Source: Marinobacter sp.
GTDB taxonomy: Bacteria > Pseudomonadota > Gammaproteobacteria > Pseudomonadales > Oleiphilaceae
Length of the DNA: 64,000 nt
Assembly (NCBI GenBank): GCA_002718255.1
Contig: PBED01000028.1
Location: forward strand, 45,271 to 109,270
Reading direction: 5' to 3'
A program made the position numbers and the translations under genes. The notes below the pieces were generated by a model. It saw only the letters and a program-made list of their open reading frames with translations. It had not been told where the DNA came from and did no database searches. This document shows, in pieces, positions 20,536-31,179 of this stretch; the first letter of the stretch is position 1, and every line of letters starts with the position of its first letter.

Positions 20536-22332
20536 TTGAGGAATCTTTCTATTGGCAGCCGCGTTGCCCTTATTGCTGTCTTGAGTAGCTTTTTGACTGT
20601 CGTCGTTCTTTCAGCGACAGCCTACAACGAGCTGATCCGGGATTTCGAAAACGTTCTCACCCAGCGCCAGCTTCTGGACGCCGAGTCAATCGCCAATCGA
20701 GTCGATCAGGATCTCCAGGTGCGCATACAGGCTCTGGGCGCTTTCGCCGCTACTCTGACGGATGGTAAAAACCGACTCTCAAAAGATCGCATCGAAGCTC
20801 TGCTCGGTCGGCAATCGGCTTTATCCGAGTACTTCGAGGCAGGCCTGTTGGTCTTCGACGAAGACAGCGTGGCAATCGCCGAAAACGTTTACGTACCCAA
20901 TCGTATAGGCACCTCTTACGCTGACCGGCAGCACTTTCGCGAGGCCTACAAAACCCGGGAACCCGTCATCAGCCGGCCAATTATTGGCAGGACAACCGGG
21001 CTTCTGCTCCTATCTTTTCTTTACCCTATCAGTAGTGACGATGGGGATTTACTTGGTTTCGCCGGAGGAATCATCAACCTGGCCGAGGCCGGGATCATAC
21101 CGAAGCAGGAAGATGCCTCTTTTGGCGCCCTGTTCAAGGTCATCGACACCGGCCATTTCATGCAGGTGGATACGCTCTCCGTCGCCAATCCGATGCCCGA
21201 TCTGCCGCCACCAGGCGAGGATCTGATTATTGATGCGGCATTGTCCGGCCAGACCTCAGGCGTTGTTTCCGACCATTCTGGAAAAAAGTGGATCTACGCT
21301 ACGCAACATCTTGACCGCGTGGGCTGGATGTTTCTAAGAGCAGTGCCCTACCAACAGGCAACACAACCGGCACGGGCCTCTTTCGACAAGTTCCTTGCTG
21401 CCAGTGCCGTGGCTCTTCTGGCACTGGCAGCCATAGCTTGGCTACTCGCCCGGGCAACAACGCTTCCATTGGAGAGAATGTCGCTCAGGATACGGGAAAT
21501 GGCGACGGAGGGTTTTGCGGCAAACCGATTGTCTCTTAAAGGCCCGCCAGAGGTCAGAAACGTAGCCCGCGCCTTTAACAAGCTGATGAAGGAACGCGAG
21601 GCGCTGGACATCATGAAAGACGACTTTGTCTCGAACGTAAGCCATGAGCTGCGCACGCCTTTGACCTCGATAAACGGCGCACTGAAACTGCTGCGCTCAG
21701 GCGCAGCGGGGAAACTGCCAGATAAAGCTGACTCGATGGTCGACGTTGCTTTTCGGAATAGCGAACAGTTGCAACGGCTGATATCCGACCTGCTGGACTT
21801 CAACAAAGCCATGGCAGGGCAGATGCCCATCGATCTGGAGACAGTTGATCCTGCAACAGCTATAAGGGATGCCTGCGATGGAAATCGGGCCATGGCGAGC
21901 CACTACCGCATTCCTCTGACGCTTGGACATTGCACAGAGAAATTCGTCACCGCTGATCCAACCAGACTTAGACAAATATTGGATAATTTCATCAGCAATG
22001 CCATCAAGTTTTCTCCCGTAGGAGGCTCTGTCAGGATCTCGTCAGAATCAACCTCATCTGGCATGGTTCGAATTACCGTATCAGATGAAGGCCCAGGCGT
22101 TCCGGAGAGCTTCCTGCCACGGCTGTTCCAGCGATTTGCCCAGGCCGACTCAGGCTCCGCCAGGGCCCAGGCAGGAACAGGGCTCGGCCTTGCGATCTGC
22201 CAGGAGCTGGCGAAACTCATGAACAGTGAAGTCGGCTATTTTTACGACAACGGAGCCAACTTCTGGGTTGAGCTACCTAATGACATAGTTAGGGGGAACA
22301 ACATTAATGAAAGCGCCAGAACTTCCTCCTGA
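20536..22332 (+). CDS. Membrane sensor histidine kinase (Cache, HAMP, HisKA, HATPase)
   Basis: Two TM helices, YADRQHF Cache motif, VSHELRTPLTSI, NAIKF, GTGLGLAI; start approximate. Confidence 0.88.
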   Translation: MRNLSIGSRVALIAVLSSFLTVVVLSATAYNELIRDFENVLTQRQLLDAESIANRVDQDLQVRIQALGAFAATLTDGKNRLSKDRIEALLGRQSALSEYFEAGLLVFDEDSVAIAENVYVPNRIGTSYADRQHFREAYKTREPVISRPIIGRTTGLLLLSFLYPISSDDGDLLGFAGGIINLAEAGIIPKQEDASFGALFKVIDTGHFMQVDTLSVANPMPDLPPPGEDLIIDAALSGQTSGVVSDHSGKKWIYATQHLDRVGWMFLRAVPYQQATQPARASFDKFLAASAVALLALAAIAWLLARATTLPLERMSLRIREMATEGFAANRLSLKGPPEVRNVARAFNKLMKEREALDIMKDDFVSNVSHELRTPLTSINGALKLLRSGAAGKLPDKADSMVDVAFRNSEQLQRLISDLLDFNKAMAGQMPIDLETVDPATAIRDACDGNRAMASHYRIPLTLGHCTEKFVTADPTRLRQILDNFISNAIKFSPVGGSVRISSESTSSGMVRITVSDEGPGVPESFLPRLFQRFAQADSGSARAQAGTGLGLAICQELAKLMNSEVGYFYDNGANFWVELPNDIVRGNNINESARTSS

Positions 22333-25144
22333 GGAGACTGAGCGCCAGGCGGCGCTTGAACGTACGGGCCTGCTCGATACGGAGCCTGAAGAGCGGTTTG
22401 ATCGTTACACCCGTATGGCCCGCAAGGCATTCCGGGTTCCCATTGCGCTGGTTAGCCTGGTGGACAAAAACCGGCAATGGTTCAAGTCCTGCCAGGGGCT
22501 CGCAGCTTCGGAAACGTCCCGCGACGTATCCTTCTGCGGTCACACCATTCTTGACTCGGGCACCCTGATCATCGAAGACACCATGGAGGATCCTCGCTTC
22601 TCCGACAATCCGCTGGTTACCGAGGCCCCGAATATACGCTTCTACGCGGGCGCCCCCCTCCACAACAGCGAAGGCTTCAGATTGGGGACGCTCTGCCTGA
22701 TTGACGCGACTCCGCGCTCCTTCGATAAGGAGGACCAATCCCTTCTTCGTGAAATGGCCGACTGTGTCGAGCGCGAAATCAACATGCAGGCGGCAACCGA
22801 GTTCTACCGGGAACTCAAACACAGCGAGCGAAGGTCACGGGCTATTATTGAAGGTACGAGAATTGGCACCTGGGAGTGGAACGTACAAACCGGGGAAACC
22901 GTTTTCAACGAGCGCTGGGCCAACATTTGCGGCTACACGCTTGATGAGCTGGAGCCTGTCAGTATCGAGACATGGTTAGCCTTCGCACATCCGGATGATC
23001 TGCCTGAATCAGAGCGATTGCTAAAAGCTCATTTTGCCGGTGAATTGTCCGAGTACGACTACCGGTGTCGGATGAAGCATAAGAACGGCCATTGGGTTTG
23101 GGTGCACGATCGCGGCCAGGTGTTTGAATGGACCGAGAACGATGAACCACTGATGATGTATGGCACCCACGCCGATATCACAGAGGAAATGAGCAACCTG
23201 AGCAAGATCCAGCATCAGAACGAAGCGCTGGCCATTCTCAATGATCTGGCCCTGGACACCGAAACCAATGATGACATTCGCATCGAAAAAGCCCTTCGGC
23301 TCGGGTCTGACTACCTGAAGCTGCCTCTCGGAATAGTCAGCGAGATCCATAGTAACGTTTATTCCATCCGGTGGTTCGTCGCCCCCGAGGATGCCGGACT
23401 GGAGCAGAATGCCAGCTTTCCACTGAAAGACACCTATTGTTCAATGCTCCTCGGTTCGCGGGAAAGCCTGGCCATTGCACACATGGCCAGATCGAGCTAT
23501 CGCGATCACCGGTGCTACGACAAGTTCGGGCTTGAGAGCTACCTGGCTGCGCCCATTTTCATCAAAGACCGTTTGTACGGAACCCTCAACTTTTCTTCGC
23601 CAGAACCGAGGGAACAGGACTTCTCGGATACTGAAATCAAGTTCGTGACTCTCCTGGCACGCTGGGTTGGAGCCCTCATTGAGAGGCAGCTCAGTGTGCA
23701 GATGCTCACCAAACTGGTAGAACAGACGCCGGGCATGCTCTATCAGTATCAACAGTGGCCGGATGGCCGTGTTTCGTTTCCCTACACAAGTCCCGGCATC
23801 ACGGACATCTACGGTGTTACAGCAGAGGAGGCACATGAAGATGCCTCGATCTGCTTCACCAAGATCCATCCCGATGATTTGCCCAAGGTAGCAGCCAGTA
23901 TTGAGAGATCTGAGGAGTCCTTGACGCTCTGGCACAGTCACTACCGGGTAACAGATGGCAAATCCGGCTGGCGCTGGGTAGAGGGCAAGTCATCACCGGA
24001 ACGGATGCCAGACGGCAGCACCATGTGGCACGGTTATATTGCTGACATTGATGAGGCAAAACAAACCGAACTGGCCCTTCAGGAAAGCGAAGTTCAGCTC
24101 CGGAGACTCTACGAACTGTCGCCCATTGGCATAGCGCTGAATGACTATGTATCAGGAGCGTTTCTTGACGTGAACGAGGCTCTGCTAGGGCCTACCCGAT
24201 ACAGCCGTAACCAATTGATGGCAATGGACTACTCGCAGCTCCTGCCTCCGGACTTCGAAAACCATCGACAGCAAATCATCGCGGAACTTCAGAGCGACAG
24301 ACGTTTCGGGCCTTATGAAGTCGAGATCGGGCGCGCGGATGGTTCAACCTACCCTGCCATCGTCCGCGGTATGAGAATCAGCAACCCCTCTGGCCAACCG
24401 CTGATCTGGACCCTTATAGAAGATATTTCCGAGCGCAAAAAAGTAGACCGGATGAAAAGCGAGTTCATCTCAACGGTAAGCCATGAACTCCGTACGCCGC
24501 TGACCTCCATATCGGGCTCTCTTAGCCTGGTCGAAAGCGGAACTCTGGGCGCGCTTCCCTCACAGGCTGAGCGTATGGTGTCTATCGCCCATCGTAATAC
24601 CGAGCAGTTGAAACAACTGGTGGACGACCTGTTAGACATGGAGAAACTTGTTTCCGGCAAGATGACCATGAACCTGCGTATACAGGAACTTGGCCCCGTC
24701 ATTGAGGAGTCGGCAGAACGTCTAAAAACCTACGCCTTGGAGAGCGGCGTTTCTGTGCAGATCGAAGACAGCAGCGCAAACTGCATGGCGAAAATCGATC
24801 GATCGCGTCTGGGCCAGGCATTTCTCAATTTGCTGTCCAATGCCATCAAGTTCTCACCCCCTGAAGGTGAGGTTTTGGTATGCACCAGGATCGAAAATGG
24901 TCTTGTCCGTATCCTCGTTACTGATCAGGGATCCGGCATTCCTGATGACTTCCGAGGCAGAATTTTCCAGAAATTCGCTCAGGCAGACAGTTCCGACACC
25001 CGTGGCAAACGAGGAACAGGTCTCGGTCTGGCGATCACGAAAGAAATCATGACCCAGATGGGAGGAGATGTCGGATTCGAGTCACGGGAAGAAAGGGGCT
25101 CAACTTTCTGGCTGGAACTGCCGTTGGAGCAAGTGAAGGCATAG
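22307..25144 (+). CDS. Cytoplasmic GAF-PAS-GAF-PAS-PAS histidine kinase
   Basis: GAF (SFCGHTI, IRFYAGAPL), PAS_3 (HPDD), VSHELRTPLTSI, GTGLGLAI. Confidence 0.92.
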   Translation: MKAPELPPEETERQAALERTGLLDTEPEERFDRYTRMARKAFRVPIALVSLVDKNRQWFKSCQGLAASETSRDVSFCGHTILDSGTLIIEDTMEDPRFSDNPLVTEAPNIRFYAGAPLHNSEGFRLGTLCLIDATPRSFDKEDQSLLREMADCVEREINMQAATEFYRELKHSERRSRAIIEGTRIGTWEWNVQTGETVFNERWANICGYTLDELEPVSIETWLAFAHPDDLPESERLLKAHFAGELSEYDYRCRMKHKNGHWVWVHDRGQVFEWTENDEPLMMYGTHADITEEMSNLSKIQHQNEALAILNDLALDTETNDDIRIEKALRLGSDYLKLPLGIVSEIHSNVYSIRWFVAPEDAGLEQNASFPLKDTYCSMLLGSRESLAIAHMARSSYRDHRCYDKFGLESYLAAPIFIKDRLYGTLNFSSPEPREQDFSDTEIKFVTLLARWVGALIERQLSVQMLTKLVEQTPGMLYQYQQWPDGRVSFPYTSPGITDIYGVTAEEAHEDASICFTKIHPDDLPKVAASIERSEESLTLWHSHYRVTDGKSGWRWVEGKSSPERMPDGSTMWHGYIADIDEAKQTELALQESEVQLRRLYELSPIGIALNDYVSGAFLDVNEALLGPTRYSRNQLMAMDYSQLLPPDFENHRQQIIAELQSDRRFGPYEVEIGRADGSTYPAIVRGMRISNPSGQPLIWTLIEDISERKKVDRMKSEFISTVSHELRTPLTSISGSLSLVESGTLGALPSQAERMVSIAHRNTEQLKQLVDDLLDMEKLVSGKMTMNLRIQELGPVIEESAERLKTYALESGVSVQIEDSSANCMAKIDRSRLGQAFLNLLSNAIKFSPPEGEVLVCTRIENGLVRILVTDQGSGIPDDFRGRIFQKFAQADSSDTRGKRGTGLGLAITKEIMTQMGGDVGFESREERGSTFWLELPLEQVKA

Positions 25145-25218
25145 ATGTGGGGTTTGACTCAGAGGAAGGGCATGGCGCCTGTTTCTGGTTGAGTTTGCCG
25201 GTCGCCTAAACCGGCAAT

Positions 25219-25247
25219 AAAAGCGCTACCTGAAAGGCAGCACTTTT
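25219..25247. terminator. Probable bidirectional terminator
   Basis: AAAAGCGCTACC-TGAAA-GGCAGCACTTTT, an imperfect hairpin between convergent genes. Confidence 0.5.
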
Positions 25248-25267
25248 ACTCTCCACGGTCAGGCGGC

Positions 25268-25807
25268 TTAGCTATCCAGACCTTCAAGCAAGCCCGCCAT
25301 ATCGTCGGCGTGCTCCTCTTCCTGAGCCAGGATTTCCTCGATAATCCGCCGTGAGGTCGGGTCCTGATCGCCCAGATAACGGGCAATTTCGCGGTAGCTG
25401 TCGATGGCAATCCGCTCGGCAACCAAGTCTTCAACCACCATGTCCCGAAGGGTATCGCCCTCAACAAATTCCGCATGGGACCGGGTCAGAAGGCCTTCCG
25501 GCGAAAAGTTGGGCTTGCCTCCTAACTGCACGATTCGCTCGGCCAGCCAATCGGCGTGCTGCTGTTCCTGGTCCGCGTGCTCCAGGAATTCCTGGGCAGC
25601 AACATTGGCGTTGATACCATCAGCACGGAAATAGTGGCTTTTGTAACGCAAGGTGCAGACAATTTCGGTCGCCAGCGCTTCGTTAAGAATCTTCACCACA
25701 TTGTCGCGGTTGGCACCGTAGCCCTCGGTAAGCGCTCCTTCTTCGATGTGCTTGCGGGCCCGCTCTCTGAGGGTTTTCACGTCGGTCAGAAACGGTTGAT
25801 CGGTCAT
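25268..25807 (-). CDS. Ferritin-like (bacterioferritin/DPS-like) di-iron protein
   Basis: LNEALATE, EQQHAD, ERIVQLGG, EDLVAERIAIDSY, EEEHAD. Confidence 0.87.
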   Translation of the reverse strand: MTDQPFLTDVKTLRERARKHIEEGALTEGYGANRDNVVKILNEALATEIVCTLRYKSHYFRADGINANVAAQEFLEHADQEQQHADWLAERIVQLGGKPNFSPEGLLTRSHAEFVEGDTLRDMVVEDLVAERIAIDSYREIARYLGDQDPTSRRIIEEILAQEEEHADDMAGLLEGLDS

Positions 25808-25885
25808 AATGTCTCTCTCGTTTCTCTCATTGATCTCTTGAATTCGGCATAGCGGCCGCCCGCTATGCCATTTCACCCTGTCCAC

Positions 25886-28645
25886 TCAGGCAGTGCGCAA
25901 CATTTCCCGCACCACGTAATGGAGGATGCCGCCATGCTTGAAGTAGACGGCCTCGTTGGCGGTGTCGATGCGAGATTTCAGCTCGCAGGTCTCCGTGGAT
26001 CCGTCCTTGTACTTCACCGTCATCTTGAGGGTCTGTCCCGGCTTGATCTCACCAGACAGGCCTTCGATGCTGATGGTTTCCTCACCGGTGAGCTTGAGGC
26101 TCTTGCGGTCCGTGCCTTCCGGGAACTGAAGTGGCATTACGCCCATACCGATCAGGTTGGAGCGGTGAATGCGCTCGTAGGATTCGGCCACCACAGCTTT
26201 CACACCCAGAAGACGGGTACCCTTGGCCGCCCAGTCGCGGCTTGAGCCGGTACCGTACTCCTTGCCGGCAATGACCACCAACGGCGTGCCTTTCTCCTGA
26301 TACTTCATGGCGGCATCGTAAATCGCCATCTGTTCGCCCGTGGGCACGAATTTGGTGTAACCGCCTTCCACGCCGTCGAGCATTTCGTTCCTGATACGCA
26401 CATTGGCAAAGGTGCCACGCATCATGACTTCGTGGTTACCCCGGCGAGAGCCATAGGAGTTGAAGTCTTTCGGCTCGACACCGTGCTCCTGCAGGTATTG
26501 TCCGGCAGGGGTGTCCGGCTTGAAGGAACCGGCCGGTGAGATGTGGTCGGTAGTCACCGAATCGCCCAGCAGTGCCAGTATGTTGGCATCCTTGATATCG
26601 TCGATCGCGTCCGGTTCTTCCTTGAGCCCTTCGAAGAACGGCGGATGCTGGATGTAGGTGGATTTATCAGACCACTCGTACACCTTGCTTTCCGGCACCT
26701 TGATGGACTTCCAGGTGGCGTCGCCATCGAAGACTTCCGCGTATTCCTTACGGAACATATCGGTCTTCACTTTCTCCACCGCTTCAGCGATCTCCTGCTG
26801 GCTCGGCCAGAGGTCCTTCAGGTACACCGGGTTGCCATCCTTGTCGTTGCCCAACGGATCTTTTGAGAGATCCAGGCGCACGTTGCCGGCCAGCGCATAG
26901 GCAACCACCAGAGGCGGCGATGCCAGCCAGTTGGTTTTCACCAGCGGATGCACCCGGCCTTCGAAGTTCCGGTTGCCGGAGAGCACAGAGGCCACGGTCA
27001 GGTCACCATCACTGATGGCTTTCTCTACCGCGTCCGGCAGAGGCCCGGAGTTGCCGATGCAGGTTGTGCAGCCATAGCCGACGAGGTTGAAGCCGAGTTT
27101 GTCCAGATCGTCCTGGAAGCCACCCACTTTCAGATAGTCAGTGACGACTTTGGAACCCGGCGCCAGCGATGTCTTGACCCAGGGCTTGGTACTCAGTCCC
27201 TTCTGGACCGCTTTCTGGGCGATCAGGCCTGCGGCCATCATAACGCTCGGATTTGAGGTGTTGGTGCAGGACGTGATCGCCGCAATGACCACGGCGCCCG
27301 GATCGAGCCGGCTTTTCTCGCCATTCATCTCAAGGGGCTGGCTGGCATGGTGCTCGTAGCTGTCATCGACGCCTACGGCAGTCTGGCCGCCCTCAGACTC
27401 AAGATTCGCCTCACGGTTCTCAGCCGGCCCTTCAGCGGTTTCCATCAAAAGCTCAAAGGACGACTTCATGTTTTTCAGGGCAACACGATCCTGCGGGCGT
27501 TTGGGGCCGGCAAGGCTGGCCTCAACTTCGCCCATGTCGAGTTCCAGGTTGTCGGTGTACACCGGCTCATGGCCGGGCTCACGCCACAAGCCCTGGGCCT
27601 TGGCGTAGGCTTCCACCAGCTCCAGCTGTTCTTCCTCACGGCCGGTCAGGCGCATGTATTTGATGGTCTGCTCATCTACCGGGAAGAACCCGCAGGTGGC
27701 GCCGTATTCCGGGGCCATGTTGGCGATGGTGGCCCGGTCTGCCACCGGCATGTCCTTCAGGCCGTCGCCATAGAACTCCACGAACTTGCCCACCACGCCT
27801 TTCTTGCGCAGCATTTCGGTGACGGTGAGCACCAGATCTGTTGCGGTGATGCCCTCACGAAGCTTGCCGGTGACCTTGAAGCCCACCACTTCCGGAATCA
27901 GCATGGAGACGGGCTGGCCCAGCATGGCGGCTTCCGCTTCGATGCCGCCAACGCCCCAGCCAAGAATGCCCAGGCCGTTGATCATAGTGGTATGGGAGTC
28001 TGTGCCCACGAGGGTGTCCGGGTACGCGATGGTCTTGCCGTCCTGGTCCTTCTGCCAGACGGTCTTGCCGAGGTACTCCAGGTTCACCTGGTGGCAGATA
28101 CCCGTGCCCGGCGGCACCACACGGAAGTTGTCGAAGGCCTGCTGGCCCCAACGCAGAAATTCGTAACGTTCCTGGTTGCGCTCCATCTCGATGGTAACGT
28201 TGTCCTTGAACGCAGAGGCGTCGCCAAAATTGTCCACCATCACAGAGTGGTCGATCACCAGGTCCACCGGCGACAGCGGGTTGATCATCGCCGGATCCTT
28301 ACCGGCTGCCTTGACCGCCTCACGCATGGCAGCCAGGTCGACGACGCCGGGCACGCCGGTGAAATCCTGCATTAACACGCGGGCAGGCCGGAACTGGATT
28401 TCAGTGTCGGAACAGCGATCCTTCATCCACTGCACCATGGCATCAATGTGGCTTCTGTCCACGGTGGTGCCATCCTCATTGCGCAGAAGGTTTTCCATCA
28501 GCACTTTGAGCGAAAACGGCAGGCGATTCAGGTCGCCGAGGGTGTCCGCAGCCTTGGGCAGGCTGTAGTAATGAAAGGTTTTACCGCCAGCATCCAGGCT
28601 GGAAAGGGTATTCAGACTGTCTTTACTGAGACTTTCGTTCGACAT
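25886..28645 (-). CDS. acnA: Aconitate hydratase A
   Basis: [46 protein letters not shown]. Confidence 0.98.
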   Translation of the reverse strand: MSNESLSKDSLNTLSSLDAGGKTFHYYSLPKAADTLGDLNRLPFSLKVLMENLLRNEDGTTVDRSHIDAMVQWMKDRCSDTEIQFRPARVLMQDFTGVPGVVDLAAMREAVKAAGKDPAMINPLSPVDLVIDHSVMVDNFGDASAFKDNVTIEMERNQERYEFLRWGQQAFDNFRVVPPGTGICHQVNLEYLGKTVWQKDQDGKTIAYPDTLVGTDSHTTMINGLGILGWGVGGIEAEAAMLGQPVSMLIPEVVGFKVTGKLREGITATDLVLTVTEMLRKKGVVGKFVEFYGDGLKDMPVADRATIANMAPEYGATCGFFPVDEQTIKYMRLTGREEEQLELVEAYAKAQGLWREPGHEPVYTDNLELDMGEVEASLAGPKRPQDRVALKNMKSSFELLMETAEGPAENREANLESEGGQTAVGVDDSYEHHASQPLEMNGEKSRLDPGAVVIAAITSCTNTSNPSVMMAAGLIAQKAVQKGLSTKPWVKTSLAPGSKVVTDYLKVGGFQDDLDKLGFNLVGYGCTTCIGNSGPLPDAVEKAISDGDLTVASVLSGNRNFEGRVHPLVKTNWLASPPLVVAYALAGNVRLDLSKDPLGNDKDGNPVYLKDLWPSQQEIAEAVEKVKTDMFRKEYAEVFDGDATWKSIKVPESKVYEWSDKSTYIQHPPFFEGLKEEPDAIDDIKDANILALLGDSVTTDHISPAGSFKPDTPAGQYLQEHGVEPKDFNSYGSRRGNHEVMMRGTFANVRIRNEMLDGVEGGYTKFVPTGEQMAIYDAAMKYQEKGTPLVVIAGKEYGTGSSRDWAAKGTRLLGVKAVVAESYERIHRSNLIGMGVMPLQFPEGTDRKSLKLTGEETISIEGLSGEIKPGQTLKMTVKYKDGSTETCELKSRIDTANEAVYFKHGGILHYVVREMLRTA

Positions 28646-28905
28646 GTGGTGCCTCCTTTTTCGTCGTTATCCGCGTAGTCCGGAAGGCTCTTTCGAAGCC
28701 CTTTCAGCAACGCATCGACCGGGAAAGCAATCCCATACCGGGCAATAGCCTGATGAAAGGACTCCACAGCATGAAGTCACCTTTAACTATTGCAGCAATT
28801 AACGAGAGTTCAACCGCGGGCCGGTGAATGTTCGGCATCAGCGCGGTGAATATCAGACCAACGTCGGAGAGCCGGACGACTCTCCGACATCAGTTCCTGG
28901 AAGGT

Positions 28906-30426
28906 TTAGATGCGATACAGCTTCACCAGTTCATTCAGTTTTTCGGTGACCGCCTCAAGGTCTGAAGCCATGGTTCTGACCCGCTCCGCCTCGGATACCA
29001 CATCGTTGTTCCGGTTGGCGATGGAATGGATGTTCTCATTGATCTGAAGCGACGTGGCTGCCTGCTCTTCCGAGGCCGATGCGATCTGGTAATTCATTCG
29101 CGAAACCTCGCCGATGGCTGCTTCAACCTCACGGATTGCCTCGCCGGTTTCCCGCATTGCCCGGGTGGATTCGGAAGAGCGTGTACGCCCCATTTCCATG
29201 GATGCCTTGGTGGCTTCGGAGATTTCACTCAATTCGCCCACTGTCGTCCGAATCTGATCGGTAAACTCCTGGGTGCGAAGGGAAAGCGCCCTTACTTCAT
29301 CCGCTACCACTGAAAATCCACGGCCATGGTCTCCGGCCCTCGCGGCTTCGATGGCGGCGTTCAGGGCCAGCAGATTGGTCTGCTCGGAGATCGCATTGAT
29401 CGAGCCAACGACTGAGGAAATGGATTCGATTTTTTCGCCCAGCTCATCGACCCTTTTAGCACTGCTCTCCAGCGCCTCATCGGTTGCCTCAGTCAGTTTT
29501 GAGGCGTTAGCCATGGCTTCACCGCCCCGGTTGGCAGCGCCAGAAGCATTGCTGGCCGCATCGGACGCCAACTGCGCGTTACTGGCGACTTCCTGGATAC
29601 TGGCGGACATTTCATTGGTAGCCGTGGCTGCCTGATCGGTCTGCACCTGCTGCTCGCTGGCAATCTGCGTGGTCGTGTCACTGACACTGGTCATGTCATC
29701 GGCGTTTGAGCGCAGCTGTTCTGACAGCTCACGGAGCTTGGCGATCAACTCGACAAACCGCTCGAGCATGTTATTGAACGACCCAGCCGTCACGCTCTTG
29801 TCTGCATCGTCGAGACGGGCCGTGAGGTCGTTATCGGAATCGAACCCGCGGATAATCTCGATAATCTGAATGGACTGCCTCTGCTCCGCGCCCATTCGGA
29901 TTGCGAAGAAAACCAGAATCGCCGCCTCGAAAACCACGAACGCTGCGTGCAGAAACGCGATCGACCAGCTGCAGTCATAATTGAAGATCATCAACGCCAT
30001 GTTGCCAAAGGATGCACCGCTCAGCTGCAGGCCCGTCAGCGCCAGGTGATGAACGGCAATGGTGCCTGCCGCGACCACCACGGGCAGCCAGTCCCGATAA
30101 ATGATCACCAGAGCCAGGGCGGCAAAAATGTGGAAATGCATTTCAATACGACCCAACTGCGCCTGGATCATGATGGCCGAGAACAGCATCAGGCAGATTG
30201 CGAACAGTGACGACAAGGCCCTTGTTCCACGCATCGTAAAGAAGCCGGCAGTTGCAAGACCTCCCACCAGCAAAGACGCAATCAGAGCGAACATAGTGGT
30301 GCCATAGCCCATCGGCACCAGCAAGCCGACCACCGGAATATGAGCCAGAAGGATCAACAACATCTGGCGATCGGTGCGCTCCCGGATTTCAACTTCGTAA
30401 GACTGACTGTTTACTGCGGTCGTCAT
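28906..30426 (-). CDS. Methyl-accepting chemotaxis protein with His-rich multi-TM sensor
   Basis: About 6 TM helices; [20 protein letters not shown] signalling domain. Confidence 0.92.
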   Translation of the reverse strand: MTTAVNSQSYEVEIRERTDRQMLLILLAHIPVVGLLVPMGYGTTMFALIASLLVGGLATAGFFTMRGTRALSSLFAICLMLFSAIMIQAQLGRIEMHFHIFAALALVIIYRDWLPVVVAAGTIAVHHLALTGLQLSGASFGNMALMIFNYDCSWSIAFLHAAFVVFEAAILVFFAIRMGAEQRQSIQIIEIIRGFDSDNDLTARLDDADKSVTAGSFNNMLERFVELIAKLRELSEQLRSNADDMTSVSDTTTQIASEQQVQTDQAATATNEMSASIQEVASNAQLASDAASNASGAANRGGEAMANASKLTEATDEALESSAKRVDELGEKIESISSVVGSINAISEQTNLLALNAAIEAARAGDHGRGFSVVADEVRALSLRTQEFTDQIRTTVGELSEISEATKASMEMGRTRSSESTRAMRETGEAIREVEAAIGEVSRMNYQIASASEEQAATSLQINENIHSIANRNNDVVSEAERVRTMASDLEAVTEKLNELVKLYRI

Positions 30427-31010
30427 ATGGAACTCTCGCTATTTTTGTCTTTTAGTAAGCGGCGAAGATCCTGTTCAACCTGCTTGAGATTCAGATCTGG
30501 CGTTGTGTAAACCAGCCTTCTGCGGAACTCTCCCGTCACTACATGCAGATGTGCGCTGTGAGCGATGAGATCATCCTCGGAACTACCCTGTTTAACGGCA
30601 AAATCGTTGTACGCTGAAGCCAGTTTTTGAGCGGCCCGGTGAGTTTCCGGCCGGTAGAATCTGAACGCCTTCCCAAGACTTTCCATGGTTTGATCAAGCA
30701 CTTCCGGCGTGTCGTTTTCCGGGTCAAGGGTGACAAAAAGGAACTCGACCTCAGCCCCATCCAAAAGCTGGCTCAGCTCCATCAGATTGACCAATTGAAC
30801 CGGGCAAACGGTTCCGCACTGGCGATAACCAAAGAAAATAACGGAAAGCCCGTTCTGCGGAGGCTGGTAGCCATCCAGGTTCTCCCCCGGCTCATCAATC
30901 GCCATCCCGTAAAACCCGCTGTTGTTGAGCAGCGACGGCATCACCGGGAGCGCAAGTGCCAGCAGGAAAGCTGCGGCAAAAAGCAGAATGTTTGTCGTTT
31001 TCCTGTTCAC
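30423..31010 (-). CDS. SCO family copper chaperone
   Basis: [12 protein letters not shown] (CxxxC), [13 protein letters not shown]; GTG start at 31010; ATGA overlap with the MCP. Confidence 0.87.
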   Translation of the reverse strand: MNRKTTNILLFAAAFLLALALPVMPSLLNNSGFYGMAIDEPGENLDGYQPPQNGLSVIFFGYRQCGTVCPVQLVNLMELSQLLDGAEVEFLFVTLDPENDTPEVLDQTMESLGKAFRFYRPETHRAAQKLASAYNDFAVKQGSSEDDLIAHSAHLHVVTGEFRRRLVYTTPDLNLKQVEQDLRRLLKDKNSESSI

Positions 31011-31179
31011 TTTTCCTGTCCGTGAAAGATCGGCGCAAGTTTGCAGAGAAGTTTGAAACCGGGCTATAGGTGCATTACGCAACGTTTAGCCCCTAGAACT
31101 TGCATTTGCAATCTTTTACGGACGCAAAAAGCGACAGATCTTTTTTTGTTGTAATGAGAAGTAAACTTTAGGGACAGGA

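Noticed and set aside
27347-28375. 342-aa + strand ORF
   Set aside because: Antisense to acnA.
28863-28888. GTCGGAGAG/CTCTCCGAC hairpin after the MCP gene
   Set aside because: No T tract and no second copy seen; not called as a terminator or repeat.
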